A stretch of DNA of 64,000 bases from the NCBI GenBank assembly GCA_976226885.1, contig OZ320318.1, forward strand, positions 68,572,001-68,636,000, written 5' to 3'. How positions within the stretch are numbered: position 1 is the stretch's first letter; every line of letters starts with the position of its first letter. Below are positions 40,329 through 50,000 of this stretch, in pieces. The notes beneath the pieces are model-generated. The model was not told the DNA's origin. It saw nothing but the letters and a program-made list of their open reading frames with translations, and made no database searches. The DNA comes from Iphione sp. A-MEVVRFRX5 (taxonomy: Eukaryota). Both the position numbers and the translations under genes were made by a program.

Positions 40329-43300
40329 AACATATTCCCGCAGCTCCACCACACACCCTCGACAGACAACGCATGGATGATCCGCCAACACCAACAACTT
40401 CAAAAACAACAATCACCATCATAACAACAATAGCCTACACCACCCATAAACAGATTGGATGTTCAGGAATTTTGAGCCCGGGCGACGAGAGCAGGGAAGG
40501 TTAAATATTCTAGTGCATGTAATGGTCATCAGTAACTTTTTAAAACGATTTGACCTCTTTCCCTTAGTCAGCCAGCTGGGTCGGGGGCACCAAGATGTGA
40601 GGGATATTAATATTAAAACTGTGACTGTGTATTTCCAACCTGAAAGCTTGTGTAAAGGGAAAATATAGTATCTATAGTCCCTATGTAGTGTATGGAGTGC
40701 TTCAATGTACGAAAAGGCATTGTCGAGGAGGACACCCTTTTAACACATTATCTTGCTTGCAAGAAGGCCATAAGTATTGAGCTTTTTCTTCTAAGCTGGT
40801 TTGGGCTTATGTGGGGAGGGATTGTATACTTATCATATTTAGGTAACCCACCTCAGGCACACACGCTCTAACGAAGTTGACCTCCTCGTGAAAATAATGG
40901 AGATGAGTATAGCTACTGTCCTCAATCACTGGCGCTTCGCTCGGACTTTTGCCACCCTCCCCCTCCCCCCCCTTAATGCTTTGTAGCGTAACTTCTTGTC
41001 ACTGCAAGATAGGAAGGGAGAGTAGAGACAAGCAGAAACAATGCACACTGGATTGTAACTGTCCCTCTGCACATCGTTTATTCACGTTTGTAATAATCAT
41101 TGCAGGTCAGCTTGAAAAAAAGTTAAGGGTAACCACAGGATTGGGTAATATAAATTTCATACTCCATTTTAAGAATAAATTCGAAAGAATGCTTATGACA
41201 TACACTTGCTTGGCTCTCCACCTTCGAAAATGAGAGAGGTCCATGCATCATGGCTGAGAGGAGATATTAGGGCCTACATATAGGGAGGAGTGATGTCACA
41301 GTTCTTGGAGAGGAGATAATGTTGAAATCAGTAGAACCAAAAAGATCGAATTCTGATTTGATACGTCGAAGTAGAAATCATAAACTAGAGAAGGGTACTC
41401 ACCATCCCCGCTTCATACATTGTCTACCATCGTCATTGTTGCCAAGCTGCTATGTTGTACTGTAAACTTTCGGTCGAGCGTCTGTGCTTGCTCTGTTGTC
41501 AAAGATCCATTTGACACCAACATTCCGCACCTTTGGTTAGCAATTCGCATTACAGTCCGAGAGACGTCAATTGCCAGCTGGAATTTGCATTGATCATGAT
41601 TCCTGTAAATTGATTAACCGTTTTCTCTAATGATCAGACAAAAATGAGCAGTTTGACAAATGGAATTGCTTCCTGTAATTTAAACCGGGGAGGATTCGCT
41701 TGATGTTTGAACCAATGATTCAAAATCTCTTCCTTCGGGATATTGACTATGCATGTACCTGTTATTTTTAAACTGATCGAGTCACTTTTTTAATTTACAT
41801 TTCGTTATGGTGTCGCAGACTTAATACTCTGTAAGGTTTACACTTAAACACATTGAGTTTAGAAATAATTTAGCCTGCAACCAAGAACTATTTTCTGTAT
41901 GTTCACGATGAGTCCAAACTGAAGTCAACAGAGCTGGATTTGTAACACCTTACTGTAAAGGGTCTGCTGCAGTTGACTATCATGAAACAGTTAAAAGGTA
42001 ACTACCACGTAAGCTTTGTAGTTTATCAGTAAGCGATCCTGTTGGGAACGCATTGTTGTTAATTTTCGCTGGAGACTCTATAACAAAAAGTTATTATTTA
42101 CAAAGGCAGCTTAACATCTTGACATATTTTGTTATTCCTTTTTTCTTTTTAAAGTAACATTGATCCTATAAACATTGAGGAAAATCGTAAAAATCAAGCA
42201 TATATCTCCGCCAATTTATTTCGTGTGTCCAGACATGTATTAGGGCTCTTTTCCGATTACAAAAATGTCCCCTACGTGTTGTATATAGCTTTTCGTGTCG
42301 CTGCTAATCCATAGAATTAAGCACCAAAAATATAGCCTTCGTAGGAAAGGGAAATAGGAGATTAGTGGTCCATTTCTGGTTATCTTATCCGACGAATTCT
42401 CCCTAAATACTTCACCAGGCGGCGGGCAGGTAAACACCCATTGAAATATACAAACGCATGAAATGATAAAGAAGGAAACTGGAATTACTGTTTGCAGCAT
42501 ACACGAGAGAAGCGGTTACCAAAACTAGTTTTTGTGTAAGCACGAAGAGGCAAATACCCGAAAGGAAAGAGCCAGTAAACATGTGCATGTACGTGTATGC
42601 TGTCGGCATCCTCCTCAGTGAAGGGGGTTATAGTGTTGGGTAGGCTGCACTACGTCTTACTGTAGGCTGTACTTGCGCTGTCCTTCATATAAAACGCTTC
42701 ATATAAAACTGACTCAAGCGTTAGATACACATGTGTAGGGGCCACTAGCCTTTATACATGGAACTAAATGCTTCATATACGCTTGCTATCATGCTACAAC
42801 TGCTTGGACCCAGTTCATGTGGTGAAAATGGGATGTGCTGTTCGCACGACTGGGACTATTGTGTGTACATGTATATCCCTGTTTTCGCTTTGGCCTGTAA
42901 AAGCGATTAGATGTTGTCTGAAGGATATTCACTGGCAACATAAATAATAGGCATGTAAGGAAAGGCATTGCATCTACCGTTCACATTGATACATGTACAA
43001 TGTATTTCATTCCCTTTCTCCGCTGCAAATGAGGACGATATTGTGTCATATATATGAATATATGTATTCAAATAAGTATTTATTACCGTATTCTCAATGA
43101 TGCACATTAGATGGTAAATCAAAGTTTAAGGAGGTAGGCTCCCCTCCGTTTTCTGAGAATCTATTTAGTTCATACTTTGAGTGCGAGCTCTTCAGACTAT
43201 TTAATCAAATGAATAGCCTCATCTTAATTTTTCGTATAGATCAGCTTTCATTTGTAAAAACCTATCCTTAAGAGAGAACGCGACACTCTATGGTAGGGTG

Positions 43301-44333
43301 ACAAAAGTGAAGGATTCCACCACACCTGGGATACCAGTTGGTGCAGAGGTCGATATTGTTGTTGCTTTAGAGACTCTTCAAGTTAGAGAAGTTTATGTGG
43401 CTAGCTAAGTCAGACGGTGGGTGTGCCTTTATCTCTCTCTATATATATCGATCATCGAATGGTGGCAAATGTAGATGTGTATTATGATAATCATAGAAAC
43501 GATAAACGTGAGTGTGCACCCTGGGGAACAGGCGTTGCATGTAAGTGTATGCGTCCGTAAGGTTGGAGTATAATTCTATCAAAAAAATCATTATCTGAAC
43601 AAAAACGATGTATGCCATTTTCTTTCCTTTCCTGTACAGAGTATATATTACATCCTACAAACTAACTAATCGTGAGATCCTTGTACTGATATGTTAGGGA
43701 TGAACATCCACATTTTTAGCTTGGATGTCTAATTATTGTAGCCACGCCCAGAATCTATTGTAAACTAAGAGTAGCCACATTATTCGTCTGTCAAGTAGCC
43801 AGTCTTTGTCCACTAGCATAGAGTTTCGTGTTAAAATGTAACGTGTGAAAGAAGCACAAGACCAAGCCTCTTTGTCTGTTATTGCATTATCTAAAGAAAC
43901 ACAAGAGGAGTTATTTTTATTAAAGTTTCCCCTGTTCTCTAAACTGGGCTTGTTTTTTCTACTGAAGCGCGAGGACGATTTGCATCTCAATACGCAGAAG
44001 GAAGTGTTTAGCGCGCATCTAAAGCAGAAATCAAGTATCAGTCATATTCGTTCCGTTCAAAAGGAATTCCTCTTGAGATAAAAAAAAATGTAGTAAGTTG
44101 TCCAAATCATACTCCTAACATTTTTCTCCCTAAAATCACCAACGTGACGCTTCTTTTTAGGTATGGAGATGTGCATCGCTGAAGGCAATGTGAGACAATG
44201 GATATACATATATTATATATATTTATATTTTGATATGATGCTGCAAAGACTCAGTTTGAATTAAGTGACTACGCAGAAGTGGTCACACTCCCTTTTTCCT
44301 CAGCCTCTGTCTGACCATCTGCCAACCATACAG

Positions 44334-44374
44334 ACTGGCGGGCGGTGGTGAATAGCGACCTGGCAGTTCTCTGA
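44334..44374 (+). CDS. Possible alternative terminal exon (DWRAVVNSDLAVL*), secreted isoform
   Basis: Pyrimidine-rich CAG acceptor, phase-1 compatible, AATAAA at 44644-44649. Short, so it could be chance. Confidence 0.25.
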
Positions 44375-45485
44375 TGAGATGAAAGACGGAAGGCTGGATT
44401 GTGGTAGAGGCATCAACAAGGCCCTAATGAGCCATTTATTCAACATTGTGTACAATAGAGTATTTGTGCCAGAGGCCCCGCCATGCTTGCAGAGGTTGCT
44501 CGTCGGACCAATGAAAAGAATGCCGACGGAATTACGCGTCTGCTGTCAGCTTTACGGAAACCTCTTCCTTTCCCTCAATCTACACGTAAAATCAGTGAAT
44601 GATGAGCGTAACCCAAAAGAGAACATCAGGATTACCGCACACCAATAAATATAAAAAAAGATACTGCTCTTCGCCGTCATGTGATTTTATTTTCTGATGT
44701 GCAGCATCTCCGATAGGTGACGCATGCATTTTTGTTCAGTTTAAGTTTCTTTTTTAATCTGAGTGACGTCACCAAGCTTGTCTGTGCGACGTCGACCACG
44801 ATATTGTTCTCTTTAGGGAATATCATTGTTTACACGTCGTAATTTGCTGCTAAATAAAGTTTGATATTACTGTAATTAGTTTTGAGAGTTTCCTTTTTAA
44901 CGATATTTCCAGAATCATTGTTAATGTCTCATATGAAACGCGTCCTTGCTGTCCTCCTGGCATCTTAGAATTACTGGATTTTCAGAGTGCCTTCCAGTGT
45001 AAAATGCGACTGATCCGTCTTCGCTGCCAAGTGAGCCACTGTACACCCTTAATCCTTCCTTTAATAAATCCGGTTCACTAGTAAAAAAAATAACACTAAC
45101 ATGCAATTGCATATTTAGAGAAAGCATTCAAACAGAAGCGAGATACGGCTTAGCGGCATGAGCTCGCATTGTGCACAGCAACAATGATAAAATTTAATAG
45201 GTTTCGATTCTTCCGAGGATAAGATTTCAGAGAATTGTAATGAGTTAGAAGACGTCCACACGATAAGATGGCAACACTTATTTTTATCTACAGAGACAAA
45301 AGAGACAATTTAATTCATCTTGCTTGCAATATAATATTGTTGCGGCTCACCCACACAATATTAAACAGTCAGTATAGATGGGATGGGATGCTTTAGAAGG
45401 AATGTCCTAAATAATCCGGAGCAAAAACAAAGAACTGCGTTTTCGTTTTAAAAAGAAACATCCAATTATACCATCTTTTAGATCT

Positions 45486-45489
45486 ATAT
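45486..45489. repeat. Target-site duplication ATAT (second copy 55848-55851)
   Basis: ATAT directly abuts both LTR termini. Confidence 0.9.
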
Positions 45490-45801
45490 TGTAACGTCCG
45501 CTCCGCAAGTAAGACATGACTCCAGTTAAGATAAAGAGGTTTATTCGGTAAGAACAATATAGGCATAAGCAGTGAGCACCAACAGTGAGCACCAAAGGTA
45601 ATCTGAACTGCCCGGGTGGGCCAACTCCCTTATATACCCACCCCCAGTCTCCTCAGCATCCGGGTACCGGACCCCTCATACTCCGCAGCACCCCTTCGAG
45701 TGCCGCACGGGGGCGTGCCGCTGCACCCCACCAGTCCAGTCCACTGTGCCGCAGCACCCCATCGCGTGCCGCGGTGCCGCAGCCACGCAGTGGCTCCAAC
45801 A
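45490..45801 (-). repeat. 3' LTR (312 bp)
   Basis: Direct repeat of 55536-55847, immediately preceded on the element strand by the PPT. Confidence 0.97.
45540..45545 (-). terminator. LTR polyadenylation signal (copy in 5' LTR at 55586-55591)
   Basis: AATAAA on the element strand near the U5 end of each LTR. Confidence 0.7.
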
Positions 45802-45814
45802 TTGCCCTCCCCTT
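45802..45814 (-). promoter_or_regulatory. Polypurine tract
   Basis: Minus strand AAGGGGAGGGCAA directly 5' of the 3' LTR. Confidence 0.85.
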
Positions 45815-45992
45815 AGAGGTTGCTTGTCCCCAAGCAACTTGCTTCCCAACCGTAACTGCAACTGTAACTGTCTGTAACTATTCAACACTCTCAAGTCCTA
45901 GGGCGGTCTGGCGTTCAAGTCCGGTAACACATTTCTCGTAATGTCGCGAATCCAGGGGCAGTCCGATCATCAGCTATATCCGCTTCTCCGAA

Positions 45993-46589
45993 TCACAGGT
46001 AAACCGTCCATGACTCGCGGATGTGGACCTCCACGTTGCCCCCGGCGGTGGGCTCTTCTCGCCACGTGGACAGAAGCCGCACTGGACGGCCCCGCGTTAG
46101 CACCGTCCCGTAGTTGGCGTACCACGTGGCTAGCTCGCTGCCCGGGACCAGCACCCCAAGTCGTCGGAATGTGACGGTCTGCCGGAGGACGACCTTCACC
46201 TGCCCGGCGGTAAGCACCTGCACATCCAAAGCCGAGGAGTTGGAAATGACCATCCACCCGGGTGGTAGGGTGGATTCTGGTGACACCAAGCGTGATGCCG
46301 CCCAGATGTACACGGCGGCCGGGACCTCTTCCTCCGCTCCCGACGAGCCTGACACGTCTTGTAGGGGTGCTCCCGTCCCAGGGGTTGGCCGGGCCGACCA
46401 AGGTACGCTGGGAGGAGCGGGCGGGCCCGAGGGGAGATGTGGTCGCGTTCCCCACCCCCCGGCCCCGGGAGCGCCGGTGGCCCCAGCACCAGGGAGGGGC
46501 CCGAGGGGGGGCGTGCCCCGCGGCCAGGGCCCGGTGTCGGGCCGCGGGGACGCCCTCCTGGCGATGCTGCTGTTGTTGGATCCTCCCAA
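45993..46589 (-). CDS. Orphan ORF near the 3' LTR: Pro/Gly-rich N-part plus a roughly 110-aa globular-looking C-terminal domain, function unknown
   Basis: From 46334 the translation (EEVPAAVYIWAASRL...GWMVISN...VKVVLRQTVTFRRLGVLVPG...WYANYG...VEVHIRESWTVYL) is rich in V/W/Y/I, unlike the GC-shadow ORFs around it. There is no upstream in-frame ATG. Confidence 0.55.
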   Translation of the reverse strand: MGGSNNSSIARRASPRPDTGPWPRGTPPLGPLPGAGATGAPGAGGWGTRPHLPSGPPAPPSVPWSARPTPGTGAPLQDVSGSSGAEEEVPAAVYIWAASRLVSPESTLPPGWMVISNSSALDVQVLTAGQVKVVLRQTVTFRRLGVLVPGSELATWYANYGTVLTRGRPVRLLSTWREEPTAGGNVEVHIRESWTVYL

Positions 46590-47005
46590 GGTCTGACAGG
46601 GGCCACTCCGCGGGGGCTCGCTCTTCCCTCGCCTCCTGAGGTTCCCGGGGTGGATGTGAAAGGGGGCCCCCGTCCGCGGCCCCTCGTGGTTTCTCCAGCC
46701 ATCACAGGCACGCCGGCCCCGCCTTGCTTCTGTCGGGGTCCTTCGGCCGAGTTATCCCCGGTACTGGGGACATGCCTTGGCCTCGAGTCCGCCCTGCGGA
46801 CCAGCGCCCTCTCCCTCGCGAGGGCGGCGGCACCAGCTGGAGATGAAGTGGAGGAGCCCGATGCACCCCCTCCGCCGGCCCCCTCGGCTCTCTAGGCCGC
46901 TCTGGGCTCGCCGTCTCCTCGGTAGCGTCTTCTTGTCGACTTCCAGTCGGTACTTCCTCGGGGGTCGTGTCTGTGATTGGGCTGGCGGCGGGGCTGGTGG
47001 CTGGC

Positions 47006-50000
47006 TCAACCCCCTCTGTTGTGGCCACCTCGTCTCCTGTCGGCCCACTGGGCTCGTGTGTCCGCCCTGGGCCCGACGTCACCTCTTCGCCTCTCCGCCC
47101 CAGGGTGGTTGGAATGTTCTGCTGGCTCTCCGCTGGTGCCTCTACGGTGATCAGGGCTCGCGGCTGAACTGGCCGTGGGGTCGGGAGTCAGGCCGGCCCC
47201 CTCGGTGGCAGTAAGGTTGGAAATCACGCCGCCACCCGGGCTCTTCTCCGTCTCCGCCTTCTTCTGCGTCACGGACGTTGGGACATCTTCCTGCTGCGGA
47301 CTCTCCGGAGGTCTTGCCGCGATTCCCACTGTGTCTGCGGCGTTGGCCCCCAGAGGCACCCTCGGTTCCGTGGGCATGGTTGGCTGGGGACCCTTGGGAT
47401 CGGTGTCTGGCGCGGGTGAGCTGTGCGGGCGCAGGGCCGTGCCGTCGGGGGGGGGCTCCGGCTCCTCCTCGGAGGATTCCTCCTCGAAGAGGGTCGCCAG
47501 CTCCTGGTCCTCCTCACCGTCATCCCCGGGGGCCTGCCCCTCACTCGAGGACCCGTGTGTCACGGTCGGGCCTGTGGTCAAGGGCTCCCCGGCTGGGTCA
47601 GCCTCCGCGGCCCCTCCCAATCTCGGCTTCTTGGCTGGTGACGGCGTGATGGACCCGGGCGGTGTTACAAGGTCCACCACGTCTCCCTCCACCGGCCGTT
47701 CCCAACCTACGCCTAGGCGTTCGTCCAGCCGACGTTCGTCTTCTTCCCATGATGGCGCTCCAATTGGGGTCCCTGGCCTGGGCTCTCTGCGGCGGTCGGG
47801 GGCACCCCTGCCCATGCCAGGGAGGCGACATGGGGGTGACAACCCGACAGACCGGGCCGTGGGGGAGGCCCGGAAGGTCGCTCGCACTCCCACCTGGCGA
47901 GTCCCCGCCGCACTGGAAAGTCCGGACAATCCCTCGCCCCTCGGCTCCACGGTCGTTACCCGGGGCAGGGTCACCTGCAGTTGCGGGGGAGGCTCGTCAG
48001 CCGACGTCTGGCTAGCTGAATCCAGGAACAGTCTGCGTCCCTTGTAGTGCGACGCCCCGGCAGGCAGGTCTATGTTGTCGGGCGTGGCTACTTCTGGCCG
48101 CGGTGGGGGAGCGTCCCGTCCTTCTTTTTCCTGGGAAGAGGGGCGGTCCGGTCTCGCATACGTGCCAGTGGCCAAACGCTGGTCCAGGCGGGGCGGGGGT
48201 CCCGATCCCCCACTGCCCTGACTGTCTCCCGTCGCGGCTCCCGTTGAGCCAGTGTACTGGCCTAGGGCCTCCTGGGGCGAGGGCTCGGCCGTGGAAGGGG
48301 TGCTGCCCTCACCCGCCCCGTCGGGGGTCCCTGTGCTGCGATCCGATGTCTGACCGGAGACGGGGGACCCCCCTCCCTCGCTGTCTGGCGGGATATCGGG
48401 CATGGCCGACGCTGGAGGCCGGGGGGCGCGATGGTCAGGCCCCTCCTCGCGAAGGACGCTGGCGGCCCATTCCTTCACCAAGCGCCGCGCCTCGTCTGTG
48501 GAAGAGTCCCGGCCCGAGCTGCTACTAGGCGGGGGACCCGGTGGGGTCTGCGGTCCTTGGTGTGGGGCATCCACTGAGCGGCCCGTCCCTCGTCCCTCCG
48601 GAGCAACAGTGGAACCCTCGGCGCCAGGAGGGCGCGGCGGTGCCCCCTTATCCGGTTCCGGTGCCCTTGTGGTCGCGGGCGGTGGGGGGGGTCCGGCGCA
48701 ACTGCTCCCACTCTGATCGGCGTCCCCGGTCATGGTCTCCTCCCCACCCAGGGGGCCCGACGACACCGTCCGGGATACCACCCCCGGCGCCCGGGCAGAC
48801 GGCAGGGCACTCTCCTCCAACGAACTGGGAGGGGGATCCCTCCGTTGACGGGTGGACGCTCCCCGTCGCCGTCGGGCCTTCCGTGTCCCCCCGATTGCCT
48901 GGGGTCCCGACGGGGTCGACGTGCCAGTAGACGTCGACAGCTGCGCTGGCGGTGGCTCCGCCGGGTCCTCTGGCTGCCCGGCCGATGGACCGGCTTCGGG
49001 CTCTTGCTGCTGCTGGGTTGCAGCCCCTGGGATGGCCGCAGGCGGTCCCTCTGCTCGGTTGTCGCTACCTTCTTCCGGTGTAGCGGAGCGCCCTCTTTTT
49101 TTACTGCCTCGCTTGGAGGCCCCTCTCTGCGTCGAGAGTCGGCCCACCGCCCTGCGCACTTCTTTCTCCCGGCTCTTCTTTTCCCGGGCCCGGGCTCGCT
49201 GCAGCATCTCCACCTTATCGGCCGGGCAGAGCCGCGGCTCCCCGTAGGTGGGGTTGAGACCCCAGAACCGCAGGTACTGGAGGTCCACCGTCAGGGCCCA
49301 ATCGTTGGGTTCGTGGACCCCGTTCAGGTGTCGCTTCCAGTCGGTGCGCCGGTGGAAGGCTTGCTGCTCGCACTCGGGGTCGGGGCACAACCAGCCCAAT
49401 CCCTCAGGCGCGTGCACGTCTTTCAGGTGGCGGCGCAGGTTGGATGGTTGTGCGAACGTGGACGCACAGCGGGAGCAGCGGTGACGGCGCTCCTCCGGGG
49501 CACCTGGTTCCTCCTCGCCAGAGGACCCCGAGTCGTTGCTCTCAGCGTCGGGTGGGGGGACGTCCTCGGGTACGTCAGCCATGTCGTCGATGCGGCGATG
49601 CGGCACTGGTGGGGTGCAGTTCGCAGGTGGCGCACGGCCGCTCGGTGACGGGACAGCGAGGGCCGCAGCAGCACTGCGGGTCTGGACTGGCCTCGGGTGG
49701 GCAAGGTCCGCCTCTGCGGCGCCGCGGGTCTCTTCGCGTGGACGGCTGGTTGCGGTACTGCGGCGATCTTCTCGTTGTTGGTCGTCGCCGGGTAGCGCCG
49801 CGGCGGCGCCCTGGCACCCGGGCTGCGGCGCTGCGTCTGCTAGATCGCCGCACAGCAGCAGGGGCGCGTCGACTCCACTGGGGCGTGCGAGCCTGCGGCC
49901 ACTACGTCGGAGGGGGATGGTGCGGCTACAGTCCACCCCCGCGCGGCATGCCAGTCGAGCTGCGGAAGAAAGGTACCCATGAGAGTAACGGTTCCAGGTA

